NCBI GenBank assembly: GCA_963762145.1
Contig: CAVXJS010000011.1
Span: forward strand, 704,001-768,000
DNA from: an uncultured Candidatus Rokubacteria bacterium
Lineage (GTDB): Bacteria > Methylomirabilota > Methylomirabilia > Rokubacteriales > CSP1-6
DNA length: 64,000 bases
Direction of reading: 5' to 3'
The notes under the pieces are model-generated. The model did not search any database and had not been told where the DNA came from. It worked only from the letters and a program-made list of their open reading frames with translations. Of this stretch, positions 8,727-19,584 are shown piece after piece; the first letter of the stretch is position 1; each line of letters begins with the position of its first letter. The position numbers were made by a program, and so were the translations under genes.

Positions 8727-10247
8727 GTGGGATTCGAGAATCTGCTCCTCGGCTTCCAGGTGGCGCTGCAGCCCTACAATCTCGGGCTCGCGGTCCTCGG
8801 CATCACCCTCGGCACCATCATCGGGGTGCTGCCCGGGCTCGGCGGAGCCAACGGCGTCGCGATCCTGCTCCCGCTCACCTTCTCGATGGCCCCGACCTCC
8901 GCCATCATCCTGCTCACGAGCCTCTACTGGGGCGCTCTCTTCGGCGGAGCGATCACCTCGATCCTCTTCAACATCCCGGGGGAGCCGTGGTCGGTGGCCA
9001 CCACCTTCGACGGCTATCCGATGGCGCGGAACGGGCAGGGTGGGGAGGCGCTCACCGCCGCCTTCACGTCGTCGTTCGTCGGCGCGCTCTTCTCGGTCAT
9101 CCTGATCACCCTCTTCGCCCCGATCCTGGCCGAGATCGCGCTGAAGTTCGGGCCCCCCGAGTTCTTCGCGATCCAGCTCCTGACCTTCTCGTCGTTCATC
9201 GGCCTGGGCGGGGGCAACCCGATCAAGTCGCTGGTATCCATCCTGCTGGGCTTCATCCTGGCCTCGGCCGGTCTCGACATCGTGACCGGGCAGCTTCGCC
9301 TGACCTTCGGAATCACCGAGCTGATGAAGGGCTTCGACTTCATCGTGGCCGTCATCGGCCTCTTCGGGGTGGGCGAGATCCTGCTCTCGGTGGAGGAAGG
9401 ACTGTCCTTCCGCGGGGTGAAGGCCGCCATGAACCCGCAGGTGGTCTGGCAGACGTGGAAGAGGCTGCCGCGCTACTACCGCACGTTCATCCGCAGCGCC
9501 TTCATCGGCTTCTGGATGGGCTTCAAGCCGGGTGGGGCCACCCCCGCGTCGTTCATGAGCTACGCCTTCGCCAAGCGCTTCTCCCGGCACCCCGAGCGGT
9601 TCGGCAAGGGCGAGATCGAGGGCGTGGTGGCGCCGGAGACCGCGGCCCACGCGGCGGGAGGCGCGTCCCTGCTGCCCATGATCACCCTGGGCATTCCGGG
9701 CAGCCCCACCGCGGCGGTGATGCTGGGCGGGCTCATCATCTGGGGCCTCCAGCCGGGGCCCATGCTGTTCCGCGAGCGGCCCGACTTCGTCTGGGGCCTC
9801 ATCGCGAGCATGTACACCGGCAACGTGATCGGGGTGCTGATGGTGCTGGCCTTCGTGCCGCTCTTCGCGGCCATCCTCCGGATCCCGTTCCCGATCCTGA
9901 CCCCGCTCATCATCGCGGTCTGCGCGGTGGGCTCCTACGCCGTCCACGACAGCATGGTGGACATCTGGTATATGCTGCTGTTCGGTGTGATTGGCTATGT
10001 GTTCAAGAAGCTCGACTACCCTCTCGCCCCGCTGGTCCTGGCGCTCGTGCTCGGCGATCTGGCCGAGAACGCCCTGCGCCAGAGCCTGATCATGTCGCAG
10101 GGCTCGCTCCTGATCCTGTTCACGCGGCCCATCGCCGGCGCCATCAGCGCGGTGGCCATCTTCTTCTTCGCGCTGCCGCTGCTCGCTCCCTACTGGCGGC
10201 GCCGTCGGGCCCAGGACGAGACGCCCGCGGCGGCGGCGCGGCACTAG
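8727..10247 (+). CDS. tctA: Tripartite tricarboxylate transporter permease
   Basis: GVLPGLG, NIPGEP, TTFDGYPMA, GVVAPETA, LGIPGSPTAA motifs. Confidence 0.95.
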   Translation: MGFENLLLGFQVALQPYNLGLAVLGITLGTIIGVLPGLGGANGVAILLPLTFSMAPTSAIILLTSLYWGALFGGAITSILFNIPGEPWSVATTFDGYPMARNGQGGEALTAAFTSSFVGALFSVILITLFAPILAEIALKFGPPEFFAIQLLTFSSFIGLGGGNPIKSLVSILLGFILASAGLDIVTGQLRLTFGITELMKGFDFIVAVIGLFGVGEILLSVEEGLSFRGVKAAMNPQVVWQTWKRLPRYYRTFIRSAFIGFWMGFKPGGATPASFMSYAFAKRFSRHPERFGKGEIEGVVAPETAAHAAGGASLLPMITLGIPGSPTAAVMLGGLIIWGLQPGPMLFRERPDFVWGLIASMYTGNVIGVLMVLAFVPLFAAILRIPFPILTPLIIAVCAVGSYAVHDSMVDIWYMLLFGVIGYVFKKLDYPLAPLVLALVLGDLAENALRQSLIMSQGSLLILFTRPIAGAISAVAIFFFALPLLAPYWRRRRAQDETPAAAARH

Positions 10248-10268
10248 GCGGCTGACCGGAGACTCCGA

Positions 10269-10963
10269 ATGGATCTGGATTTCCTGATCGGTATCGGCAA
10301 GATCGTGCTCATCGACCTGGCCCTGGCCGGCGACAACGCCCTGGTCATCGCCCTCGCGGTGCGCACGCTGCCCCCCGCCAGCAGCTCCAGGGCCGTATCT
10401 GGGGCACCGTCGGCGCGGTGGGGCTGCGGCTGGCCTTCATCTTCATCGTGACCTACCTCCTCGCCATCCCCCTGCTGCAGGTCGTGGGCGGGCTGCTGCT
10501 CGTCTGGATCGCGCTCAAGCTCGTGCTCCAGACGGATGCGCACGGCGGCGAGAGCGTGAAGCAGGGCACGACGCTGCTCGGGGCCATCTGGGTCATCCTC
10601 GTGGCCGACGTCGTCATGAGCCTCGACAACGTGATCGGGGTCGCCGCCGCCGCCGAGGGCGACATGCGCCTGGTCGTCTTCGGCATCGCGCTGTCCATCC
10701 CGATCGTGGTCTGGGGGTCCGGGGTGCTGGCCCGGCTGATGAACCGGTACCCGTGGATCATCCTGGTGGCGGGCGGCATCCTGGGCGAGGTGGCGGGCAA
10801 GATGATGCTGCACGACCAGTTCATCGTGAGCCGGTTCGGCAACTCGCCCGACGCGGTGGAGTTCGCGCTGCGCATTGGCCTCGCGATCGCCATCATGCTG
10901 GTGGGCTGGCTGGTCACGCGCCGGCGGGCCGCGGTGGCGAACGACGGGGCCGCCGCACGGTGA
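10269..10963 (+). CDS. TerC/YjbE family membrane protein; indel in C-run 10371-10376
   Basis: IDLALAGDNALVIALA in the first ORF and ADVVMSLDNVIGVAAAA in the second; joined by one base. Confidence 0.88.
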
Positions 10964-11724
10964 GCTCGGCCGGCGAGGGGCCGAGTCTCGAGCCGGTCAA
11001 GTCCACCCGGATCTACGAGGAGATCGTCCGCCAGGTCAAGCAGCTCATCGGGGAAGGGCGGCTCAAGTCCGGTGACCGCCTTCCGCCCGAGCGGGACCTG
11101 GCCGAGAAATTCATGGTGAGCCGCACCTCGGTGCGGGAGGCGCTCCGGGCGCTGCAGAGCCGCGGCCTCATCGAGATACGGGCGGGAGAGGGCGCCTTCA
11201 TCCGCGACGTCTCGGTGGAGACGCTGATCGAGCCGCTGGCCCTGGTCATCTTGCCGCATCGCGAGGCGGTCGGCGAGCTCTTCGAAGCCCGCCGGCTGCT
11301 GGAGCCCGCCATCGCGGCCCTCGCCGCGCGGCGGGCGACGCGCGAGGAGATCCAGGAGATGGAGCGCATCCTGGAGGACCAGGCCAAGGAAGTGGCGGCC
11401 GGCCGGACCGGGATGCTCCAGGACGGGGCGCTCCACGCGGCCATCGCCAACAGCGCCCACAATCGCGCCATCACCCGCATCGTGAACGCCCTGATGGATC
11501 TGCTCACCCAGAGCCGCGAGGAGTCGTTGCACACGCCCGGCCGGCCGACGCGGTCTCACGAGGACCATCGCCGCATCCTGGAAGCGGTGCGCCGGCGCGA
11601 CGAGGTGGCGGCTCATCGCTCGATGCTCGACCACCTCATCGCGGTGGAGACCCTGGTGACCGGAGCCCATGCCGACGATCGGAGCGCGACGCCCGTCGCC
11701 CCCAGGAGAAAGCCGCGCCCCTGA
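10960..11724 (+). CDS. FadR/GntR family transcriptional regulator (PdhR/LldR-like, FCD domain)
   Basis: wHTH motif LKSGDRLPPERDLAEKFMVSRTSVREAL; FCD residues D-x-x-x-H and H; GTG overlaps the upstream stop. Confidence 0.93.
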   Translation: MSSAGEGPSLEPVKSTRIYEEIVRQVKQLIGEGRLKSGDRLPPERDLAEKFMVSRTSVREALRALQSRGLIEIRAGEGAFIRDVSVETLIEPLALVILPHREAVGELFEARRLLEPAIAALAARRATREEIQEMERILEDQAKEVAAGRTGMLQDGALHAAIANSAHNRAITRIVNALMDLLTQSREESLHTPGRPTRSHEDHRRILEAVRRRDEVAAHRSMLDHLIAVETLVTGAHADDRSATPVAPRRKPRP

Positions 11725-11759
11725 CCCGTCTGTAAGTGCTTGTCTTGCAACATTAATCG

Positions 11760-11788
11760 TTGACATCTCGGGTCGAGCGCCCTACCAT
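11760..11788 (+). promoter_or_regulatory. Sigma70-like promoter upstream of ppdK
   Basis: TTGACA 11760-11765, 17 nt, TACCAT 11783-11788. Confidence 0.6.
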
Positions 11789-11797
11789 GGCTGATTA

Positions 11798-11832
11798 ACG
11801 CAGGCCCACAGGTGGGCCTGTGTCTTTTTCTC
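11798..11832 (+). terminator. Intrinsic terminator-like hairpin
   Basis: ACGCAGGCCCA-CAGG-TGGGCCTGTGT followed by CTTTTTCTC. Confidence 0.6.
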
Positions 11833-11861
11833 TGCCACCGAATCGCTCAGGGGGTCCTGTG

Positions 11862-14687
11862 ATGGCGCAGGCCGGAAGTCGGAAGAGCGCGCGACAGCGC
11901 GCTGCCCGTCCGTCCAGCGCCACGCCCAAGTACGTGTACTCCTTCTCCGGCGGCAAGGCGGAGGGGTCGAGCGCGATGCGCGACCTGCTCGGCGGCAAGG
12001 GCTGCGAGCTGGCCGAGATGACCAAGATGGGCGTGGCGGTCCCCCCCGGCTTCACGGTCACCACCGAGGCGTGGGCCGCCTACGACGCGGCGGGGAAGAA
12101 GCACCCGACCGGCCTCTGGACCCAGGTGATGGCCCACCTGGCCCGCCTCGAGGCCGCGGCGGGCAGCCGACTGGGCGATCCGGTGCGGCCGCTGCTGGTC
12201 TCGGTCCGGTCCGGGGCGCGCGTCTCGATGCCCGGCATGATGGACACCGTGCTGAACCTGGGGCTCAACGACAAGTCGGTCGAGGGGCTCGCGGCGCGGA
12301 CCCGGAACGAGCGCTTCGCCTGGGACTGCTACCGCCGCTTCATCACGCTCTTCGGGGACGTGGTGCTCTCCATCGATCGGCACACCCTGGACGCGCTTCT
12401 CGAGACCGCGAAGACGCGCGCGGGGGCCAAGACGGATGCCGACCTTCCGCCCGCGGCGCTACGGGAGCTGGTCGCGGAGCTGAAGAAGGTCGTGCAGGCC
12501 AAGACGGGCCGGCCGTTCCCGCAGGATCCGCACGAGCAGCTCCGGCTGGCCATCAACGCGGTCTTCGAGTCCTGGTGGGCCAAGAAGGCGGTGGACTACC
12601 GGCGCATCCATCGCCTGCCCGACAACTGGGGCACCGCGGTGACCGTCATGGCGATGGTCTTCGGCAATCTCGGGTCGACCTCGGGGACCGGGGTGTGCTT
12701 CTCGCGCGATCCGTCGAGCGGCGAGCGGCGCTTCTTCGGCGAGTTCCTCGTCAACGCCCAGGGTGAGGACGTCGTGGCGGGGATCCGCACCCCCGAGCCG
12801 ATCGAGGCCCTCAAGACGCGCATGCCCGCGGTGTACCGCGAGCTCACCGCGATCAAGGATCGGCTCGAGCAGCACTACCGCGACATGCAGGACATCGAGT
12901 TCACGGTGCAGGAGGGAACGCTCTACATCCTGCAGACGCGCTCCGGAAAGCGGACGGCGGCGGCGGCGGTGCGCATCGCGGTGGAGATGTTCGAGAAGGA
13001 GAAGCGCCTCGATCGGGACACCGCGCTCCTGCGGGTCGAGCCGGCCTCGCTCCACCAGCTGCTCGTCAAGACGGTGGACCCGAGCGCCCGCTACACCGCC
13101 ATCGCCACGGGTCTCCCCGCCACCCCGGCCGCGGCGGTGGGGAAGGTGGTGTTCGATCCGGAGAGGGCGGTGGACATGGCCCTCCGGGAAGAGGCGGTCA
13201 TCCTGGTGCGCGCGGAGACCTCGCCGGAGGACGTGGCGGGCATGCACGCCGCGCAGGGCGTGCTCACCTCGCGCGGCGGCCTGACGTCCCACGCGGCGGT
13301 GGTGGCACGCGGCTGGGGCAAGTGCTGTGTGGTCGGCGCGGGCGACGTGGTGGTGGACGAGGAGAACCGTCTGTTCCGGGCCGGGCGCGCGGTCGTGCGC
13401 GAGGGGCAGGTGGTCACGCTCAACGGGGCCACCGGCGAGGTGATCGTGGGCGCCCAGCCGCTCGTGGACCCCAAGCTCTCCGGCGAGTTCCGGAAGCTCC
13501 TCGGCTGGGCCCAGGAGCGCGCGACCACCACGGTTCGCGCCAACGCGGACACGCCCGCGGACGCGGTCAAGGCCCGGGAGTTCGGTGCGGTGGGCATCGG
13601 CCTGGTCCGCACCGAGCACATGTTCTTCGGGGACCAGCGCATCCCGATCGTGCGCGACATGATCATGGCGAGCGACGTCCAGGCCCGGAAGAAGGCGGTC
13701 GACCAGCTGCTGCCGTTCCAGCGCGAGGACTTCATCGGCATCTTCCGGGTCATGGCGCCGTACCCGGTGACGATCCGGCTGCTGGACCCCCCGCTGCACG
13801 AGTTCCTCCCGAAGTACAAGGAGGTGCTCGAGGAGTACACGCGGCTCGACGCCCGCGGCTTCAACCCGGAGCGCCACTCCGAGCTGGGCGCGATCAAGGC
13901 CCGGCTGGAGTCGCTCCTCGAGGCGAACCCGATGCTGGGCCACCGCGGCTGCCGGCTCGGCATCACGTTCCCCGAGATCTACGACATGCAGGTGCGGGCC
14001 ATCATGGAAGCGGCCTGCGCGGTGGCGGCGGAGGGCGTGACGGTGGAGCCCGAGATCATGATCCCGCTCACCGGCACGGTGGCCGAGATGAAGCTGACGC
14101 GCGAGATGACCGACCGCGTGGCCCGGCAGGTGCTCTCGGAGACGGGGCGGAAGGTCGCGTACTCGGTCGGCACCATGATCGAGGTGCCCCGCGCGGCGCT
14201 GATCGCGGACCGCATCGCGCAGTACGCCGAGTTCTTCTCGTTCGGCACCAACGACCTGACCCAGATGACGTTCGGGTACAGCCGGGACGATATCGGCAAG
14301 TTCCTGCCCTACTACCTCGAGAAGAAGCTGCTGCCGAACGATCCCTTCGCGGTGCTCGACCAGGACGGGGTGGGAGAGCTGGTGCGGGTCGGCATCGAGC
14401 GCGGCCGGCAGGCGGTGCCCACGCTGAAGGTGGGCATCTGCGGTGAGCACGGCGGGGAGCCCTCGTCGGTAGAGTTCTGCCATCGCGTCGGGATGACCTA
14501 CGTCTCCTGCTCCCCCTACATGGTGCCGGTGGCGTGGCTCGCGGCGGCCCAGGCCGAGATCAAGGGGCCCCGGCCCGAGCACGCCGAGGCGCGCTCGAAG
14601 GCGAGCCGAGCAAATACAAGAAAAGCAGTCACGGTAGCAGCACGCGGAGCAACACGAACAGGCCGGAAAAGGAGACACACGCGGTGA
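11862..14687 (+). CDS. ppdK: Pyruvate, phosphate dikinase
   Basis: [53 protein letters not shown]. Confidence 0.97.
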   Translation: MAQAGSRKSARQRAARPSSATPKYVYSFSGGKAEGSSAMRDLLGGKGCELAEMTKMGVAVPPGFTVTTEAWAAYDAAGKKHPTGLWTQVMAHLARLEAAAGSRLGDPVRPLLVSVRSGARVSMPGMMDTVLNLGLNDKSVEGLAARTRNERFAWDCYRRFITLFGDVVLSIDRHTLDALLETAKTRAGAKTDADLPPAALRELVAELKKVVQAKTGRPFPQDPHEQLRLAINAVFESWWAKKAVDYRRIHRLPDNWGTAVTVMAMVFGNLGSTSGTGVCFSRDPSSGERRFFGEFLVNAQGEDVVAGIRTPEPIEALKTRMPAVYRELTAIKDRLEQHYRDMQDIEFTVQEGTLYILQTRSGKRTAAAAVRIAVEMFEKEKRLDRDTALLRVEPASLHQLLVKTVDPSARYTAIATGLPATPAAAVGKVVFDPERAVDMALREEAVILVRAETSPEDVAGMHAAQGVLTSRGGLTSHAAVVARGWGKCCVVGAGDVVVDEENRLFRAGRAVVREGQVVTLNGATGEVIVGAQPLVDPKLSGEFRKLLGWAQERATTTVRANADTPADAVKAREFGAVGIGLVRTEHMFFGDQRIPIVRDMIMASDVQARKKAVDQLLPFQREDFIGIFRVMAPYPVTIRLLDPPLHEFLPKYKEVLEEYTRLDARGFNPERHSELGAIKARLESLLEANPMLGHRGCRLGITFPEIYDMQVRAIMEAACAVAAEGVTVEPEIMIPLTGTVAEMKLTREMTDRVARQVLSETGRKVAYSVGTMIEVPRAALIADRIAQYAEFFSFGTNDLTQMTFGYSRDDIGKFLPYYLEKKLLPNDPFAVLDQDGVGELVRVGIERGRQAVPTLKVGICGEHGGEPSSVEFCHRVGMTYVSCSPYMVPVAWLAAAQAEIKGPRPEHAEARSKASRANTRKAVTVAARGATRTGRKRRHTR
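14585..14626 (+). repeat. REP-like dispersed repeat copy inside the ppdK 3' end
   Basis: CGAGGCGCGCTCGAAGGCGAGCCGAGCAAATACAAGAAAAGC resembles the arms at 37706-37849. Confidence 0.7.
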
Positions 14688-16438
14688 AGCTTTCAGGCGC
14701 CCGGATCGTCCTCGAGTGCATCAAGCGGGAAGGCGTCGATCTCATCTTCGGTCTGCCGGGCGGCGCGGTCCTGCCGATCTACGACGCCCTGTACGACTTC
14801 GAGGGCCTGCGCCACGTCCTGGTACGGCAGGAGGCCGCCGCCGGGCACGCGGCGGAAGGGTACGCGCGGACATCCGGCAAGGTCGGCGTCTGCCTCGTCA
14901 CCTCCGGGCCGGCCGCGACCAACCTGGTCACCGCGCTCCAGGACGCCCTGATGGATTCGATCCCGATCGTGGCCTTCACCGGGCAGGTGCCGACCACCTC
15001 GATCGGCAACGACGCGTTCCAGGAGGCCGACAACGTCGGCATCACCCGCTCGGCCACCAAGCACAACTTCCTGGTGAAGGACGGCAAGGACCTGGCCCCG
15101 ATCATCAAGGAGGCGTTTCACATCGCCTGCACCGGGCGCCCGGGGCCGGTCCACGTGGACCTCCCGAAGGACATCCTGGTCAAGGAGTGGACCTTCGAGT
15201 ACCCCGAGCGCGTGCACCTGCGCTCGTACAACCCGACGTACGAGGGGCACCCCGGGCAGATCAAGAAGGCGGCCCGCTCGATGGTGCGAGCCAAGCGGCC
15301 GGTGCTCTACGTGGGCGGCGGCGCGATCTCCTCGGACGCCTCGCCCGAGCTGCGGGAGCTGGCGGACCTGACCCAGATCCCGCTCACCCAGACCCTCATG
15401 GGCCTGGGCTCGTTCCCGATGGCCGATCCGCTCTCGCTCGACATGCTCGGCATGCACGGCACCTACTACGCCAACATGGCGGTGCACCACTCGGACTGCC
15501 TGGTGGCGGTGGCGGCGCGCTTCGACGACCGGGTGACCGGACGGGTCGACATGTTCTCGCCGAACGCGGAGATCATCCACATCGACATCGATCCCTCGTC
15601 GATCTCGAAGAACATCAAGGTGGACATCCCGATCGTGGGCGACTGCAAGCGCGTGCTGCGCCGGCTGGTGGAGGCGGTCCGCGAGGAGCTGAAGGACGGG
15701 GTCCCGGCCGCGGTGACCGAGGGCCGGCGCCAGTGGGCCGCGCAGATCGCGGACTGGAAGCGCGACTTCCCGCTGCGCTACGACTGGGACGACGACGTGA
15801 TCAAGCCCCAGTACGTCATCCAGGAGCTCTCGAATCTGACCCAGGGCGAGGCCTACGTGGTCACCGGGGTGGGCCAGCACCAGATGTGGGCCGCCCAGTA
15901 CTACCGCTTCAAGCACCCGCGCCGCTGGTGCACGTCGGGCGGCCTCGGCACCATGGGCTACGGGCTGCCCACCGCGATGGGGGTGCAGGCCGCGCATCCG
16001 GGCAAGCTGGTGGTCAACATCGACGGCGACGGCTCCTTCGCCATGAACAGCCAGGAGCTGGCAACCTGCTTCACCGAGAACCTTCCGGTCAAGACCATCA
16101 TCATCAACAACAGCGGGCACGGGATGGTGCGGCAGTGGCAGCGGATCATCTACAAGGAGCGGTTCTTCGCCATCGACCTGCCCGGCATCCCGGACTGGGT
16201 CAAGCTCGCGGAGGCGTACGGCTGTGTGGGCCTGCGCGTCACCAAGCCGAGCGAGGTGGTGCCCGCGCTCGAGAAGATGCTGAGCACGCCGGCCCCGGTG
16301 GTCCTGGACGTCTGCGTGGACAAGGACGAGTGCGTGTTCCCGATGGTGCCGGCGGGCGGAGCCAACAAGGACATGATCTTGTCGCTGCCGACCCGCGAGG
16401 CGGCAGAAAAAGCCGCCAAGACCCAGACCGGGTTCTAG
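14684..16438 (+). CDS. ilvB: Acetolactate synthase large subunit
   Basis: [47 protein letters not shown]. Confidence 0.96.
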   Translation: MKLSGARIVLECIKREGVDLIFGLPGGAVLPIYDALYDFEGLRHVLVRQEAAAGHAAEGYARTSGKVGVCLVTSGPAATNLVTALQDALMDSIPIVAFTGQVPTTSIGNDAFQEADNVGITRSATKHNFLVKDGKDLAPIIKEAFHIACTGRPGPVHVDLPKDILVKEWTFEYPERVHLRSYNPTYEGHPGQIKKAARSMVRAKRPVLYVGGGAISSDASPELRELADLTQIPLTQTLMGLGSFPMADPLSLDMLGMHGTYYANMAVHHSDCLVAVAARFDDRVTGRVDMFSPNAEIIHIDIDPSSISKNIKVDIPIVGDCKRVLRRLVEAVREELKDGVPAAVTEGRRQWAAQIADWKRDFPLRYDWDDDVIKPQYVIQELSNLTQGEAYVVTGVGQHQMWAAQYYRFKHPRRWCTSGGLGTMGYGLPTAMGVQAAHPGKLVVNIDGDGSFAMNSQELATCFTENLPVKTIIINNSGHGMVRQWQRIIYKERFFAIDLPGIPDWVKLAEAYGCVGLRVTKPSEVVPALEKMLSTPAPVVLDVCVDKDECVFPMVPAGGANKDMILSLPTREAAEKAAKTQTGF

Positions 16439-16447
16439 GAGCGCGCG

Positions 16448-17032
16448 GTGGCCGATACGAGCAAGCATACGATCGCGGTGCTGGTGGAGAACAAGTTCGG
16501 CGTGCTGTCCCGCGTCGCGGGGTTGTTCTCCGCGCGCGGGTACAACATCGAGAGCCTGTCGGTCGGGGAGACCCTCGACCCGTCCGTCTCGCGCATGACC
16601 CTGGTGGTGCGGGGGGACGCCTTCGTCATCGAGCAGGTCATCAAGCAGCTGCACAAGCTGATCGACGTCATCAAGGTCACCGACCTCAGCGAGGAGAACC
16701 ACGTGGAGCGCGAGATGCTCCTGCTGAAGGTCAATGCCGAGCCGGCGAATCGCGCCGAGATCCTCCGCCTGGGCGACATCTTCCGGGCCAAGGTGGTGGA
16801 CGTGACGCCCACCGCCTACACCCTCGAGGTCACGGGAGAGGAGTCCAAGATCGAGGGCATCATCGATCTCCTGCGGCCCTTCGGGATCCAGGAGATCGTC
16901 CGCACCGGCAAGGTGGCCATCGCGCGGGGCCCCAAGACCCGGCTGCGCAAGGTGGAAGAGCGGCTCGGCAAGTCCCGCGAGACGCCCCGTCCGCCGAACG
17001 ACGATCCGAAGGTGGTCGGGTTCGCGGACTGA
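16448..17032 (+). CDS. ilvN: Acetolactate synthase small (regulatory) subunit
   Basis: ACT domain VLVENKFGVLSRVAGLFSARGYNIESL. Confidence 0.96.
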   Translation: MADTSKHTIAVLVENKFGVLSRVAGLFSARGYNIESLSVGETLDPSVSRMTLVVRGDAFVIEQVIKQLHKLIDVIKVTDLSEENHVEREMLLLKVNAEPANRAEILRLGDIFRAKVVDVTPTAYTLEVTGEESKIEGIIDLLRPFGIQEIVRTGKVAIARGPKTRLRKVEERLGKSRETPRPPNDDPKVVGFAD

Positions 17033-17071
17033 TTTCCCACGAAGGAAACCGAGAGAAAGGCACGAGGAACC

Positions 17072-18076
17072 ATGCCGGCCAAGATCTTCTACGACCAGGA
17101 CGCTGACCTGGGCCTGCTGCGCGGCAAGACCGTCGCCATCATCGGCTACGGCAGCCAGGGGCACGCCCACGCCTTGAACCTGAAGGACTCCGGCCAGAAC
17201 GTGGTGGTCGGCCTCTACAAGGGCTCGAAGAGCTGGGCCCGGGCCGAGAAGGACGGGCTCAAGGTCACCACCGTGAACGACGCGGCCGCCGCGGGCGACA
17301 TCGTGATGATCCTGCTGCCCGACCAGACCCAGCGGCAGGTCTTCGAGGAGTCCATCAAGGGTGTCATGACCAAGGGCAAGATGCTGATGTTCGCCCACGG
17401 CTTCAACATCCACTTCAACCAGGTGGTGCCGCCCCCCGATGTGGACGTCTCGATGATCGCGCCCAAGGCGCCCGGCCACGTGATGCGCGACCTCTTCACG
17501 CAGGGGCCGGGCGTGCCGGGCCTGGTCGCGGTCTACCAGGACGTCTCGGGCAAGGCGCGGGATCTGGCGCTGGCCTACGGCAAGGGCGTCGGCTGCACGC
17601 GGGCGGGCGTGATCGAGACCACTTTCAAGGAAGAGACCGAGACCGACCTCTTCGGGGAGCAGACCACGCTCTGCGGCGGCGTCTCCCACCTGATCAAGGC
17701 GGCCTACGAGACGCTCGTCGAGGCGGGGTACCAGCCCGAGGTCGCGTACTTCGAGTGCATGCACGAGATGAAGCTGATCGTAGATCTCTTCTACCAGGGC
17801 GGCCTCGCCTACATGCGCTACTCGGTGTCCGACACCGCGGAGTACGGCGACTACACCCGCGGGCCGCGGATCATCGATGACCGGACCAAGCTGGAGATGA
17901 AGAAGATCCTCTCCGAGATCCAGTCGGGCCAGTTCGCGCGCGAGTGGGTGCTGGAGAACCAGGCCCACCGCGCCGGCTTCCTCGCCATGCGCAAGCGGGA
18001 CGCCGAGCATGGGATCGAGGAAGTGGGTGGCCGGCTGCGCAAGATGATGGCGTGGATCAAGCCTCCGCGGGAGTGA
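17072..18076 (+). CDS. ilvC: Ketol-acid reductoisomerase
   Basis: [31 protein letters not shown]. Confidence 0.97.
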   Translation: MPAKIFYDQDADLGLLRGKTVAIIGYGSQGHAHALNLKDSGQNVVVGLYKGSKSWARAEKDGLKVTTVNDAAAAGDIVMILLPDQTQRQVFEESIKGVMTKGKMLMFAHGFNIHFNQVVPPPDVDVSMIAPKAPGHVMRDLFTQGPGVPGLVAVYQDVSGKARDLALAYGKGVGCTRAGVIETTFKEETETDLFGEQTTLCGGVSHLIKAAYETLVEAGYQPEVAYFECMHEMKLIVDLFYQGGLAYMRYSVSDTAEYGDYTRGPRIIDDRTKLEMKKILSEIQSGQFAREWVLENQAHRAGFLAMRKRDAEHGIEEVGGRLRKMMAWIKPPRE

Positions 18077-18104
18077 TCGAGCCCGCGGAGCCGCGGCGGG
18101 TCGT

Positions 18105-18731
18105 GTGCGCGTTCCGGTAGCCGCGGAGGGCTGGCCGTTCATCCTGCCTCCCGCGGCCGCCGCATGTATCATGGCCGGGATGGGCTGGGTGGGCACCGCG
18201 GCGGTGCTCGCCGTGGTGGCGCTGGCCTTCCTCGGGTTCTTCCGGGATCCGGACCGGACCGCGCCCGATCTGCCCGGGGCGGTGCTGGCTCCCGCCGACG
18301 GGCGCGTGATGGTCATCACCGAGGCGGTGGACCCGTGGGTGGGCCCGGCGGTGCGGATGTCCATCTTCCTGTCGCCGCTGGACGTGCACGTCAACCGCGC
18401 GCCGATCGGGGGCCTGGTCAAGAACGTGGAGTACGTGGCGGGCCGCTTTCTCGCGGCCTACCGGCCGGAGGCGTCGGAGCAGAACGAGCGGTGCGCGGTG
18501 AGCCTCGACGGTGAGCGGGCCCGCGTGATGGTGACGCAGATCTCGGGCGTCCTGGCCCGCCGCATCGTGTGCCGGGTTCGGCCGGGCGACACGCTGCGGG
18601 CCGGGGAGCGCTACGGTCTGATCCGCTTCGGATCGCGGACGGATCTGGTGGTGCCGCGGGGTACCGAGGTGCGGGTGCGGGTGGGGGATCGAGTGCGGGG
18701 CGGGGAATCGGTGATGGGGGTGCTGCGATGA
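18105..18731 (+). CDS. psd: Phosphatidylserine decarboxylase proenzyme
   Basis: [25 protein letters not shown] cleavage motif. Confidence 0.93.
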   Translation: MRVPVAAEGWPFILPPAAAACIMAGMGWVGTAAVLAVVALAFLGFFRDPDRTAPDLPGAVLAPADGRVMVITEAVDPWVGPAVRMSIFLSPLDVHVNRAPIGGLVKNVEYVAGRFLAAYRPEASEQNERCAVSLDGERARVMVTQISGVLARRIVCRVRPGDTLRAGERYGLIRFGSRTDLVVPRGTEVRVRVGDRVRGGESVMGVLR

Positions 18732-19582
18732 GACGGAGACACGCGAGCGACGCGGGGCGCGGCCCGCGTCGGAGAAAGTGGCAGGAGCTGCGCCAGCAGC
18801 CGCGGCGCGGAATCTACCTGCTCCCGAGCCTCCTGACGACCGGCAACCTGTTCTGCGGGTTCCTGGCCCTGGTGCTGGCCTCGCAGCAGCGCTTCACGGA
18901 GGCGGCGGTCTCCATCTTCGTGGGCATGCTCCTGGACATGCTGGACGGCAAGGTGGCGCGGCTCACCAAGACCACCAGCCAGTTCGGCGTCGAGCTCGAC
19001 TCGCTCGCCGACGTGGTCTCCTTCGGGGTCGCGCCCGCGTTCGTCCTCTACTCGATGGCCCTGGCCCCGCTGGGCCGCGCGGCCTGGCTCGGCGCGTTTC
19101 TCTTCGTGATCTGCGGCGCCCTCCGCCTCGCGCGATTCAACGTGTACGCGGGGGTGACCGACAAGCGCTATTTCGTCGGCCTGCCGATTCCCGCCGCCGC
19201 CGGCGTGGTGGCCTCGACGGTCCTGCTGCTGGGCACCGACGACATCCCGCGCTGGCTGGGCGCCGCGATCGCGGCGGGGACCTACCTGGTCGCGATCCTG
19301 ATGGTCACCACGTTCCGGTACTACAGCTTCAAGGAGATCGATTTCGCCCGTCGCCGGCCCGCCGGGGTGCTGGTGCTGGTCGTCCTCGGCGTCCTGATCG
19401 TCGCCACCCACCCCCAGTGGTTCCTGTTCCTGCTCTTCTTCGCCTATGCCCTGAGCGGCCCGACGCGCCCGTTCTGGGCGCGGCGTCGCGACGCGATCCC
19501 GGCGGTTCCCATCGGCTCACCTCCCGCGCTGCCCGCGGAGCGGGAGCCGAGGGATACCAGCGAGCGGGACCGGAGGATCTGA
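18728..19582 (+). CDS. pssA: CDP-diacylglycerol--serine O-phosphatidyltransferase
   Basis: LPSLLTTGN; CDP-alcohol motif DGKVAR...[18 protein letters not shown]. Confidence 0.93.
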   Translation: MRRRHASDAGRGPRRRKWQELRQQPRRGIYLLPSLLTTGNLFCGFLALVLASQQRFTEAAVSIFVGMLLDMLDGKVARLTKTTSQFGVELDSLADVVSFGVAPAFVLYSMALAPLGRAAWLGAFLFVICGALRLARFNVYAGVTDKRYFVGLPIPAAAGVVASTVLLLGTDDIPRWLGAAIAAGTYLVAILMVTTFRYYSFKEIDFARRRPAGVLVLVVLGVLIVATHPQWFLFLLFFAYALSGPTRPFWARRRDAIPAVPIGSPPALPAEREPRDTSERDRRI

Positions 19583-19584
19583 CC

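Noticed and set aside
11787-11798. Mini-ORF ATG-GCT-GAT-TAA as an attenuator leader peptide
   Set aside because: It overlaps the predicted -10 box, has no RBS and has no Leu/Ile/Val control codons.
14693-18421. Very long minus-strand ORFs (e.g. 1242 aa here, 992 aa at 22951-25929, 839 aa at 48747-51266)
   Set aside because: They are antisense shadows of well-identified high-GC genes and have no recognisable motifs.
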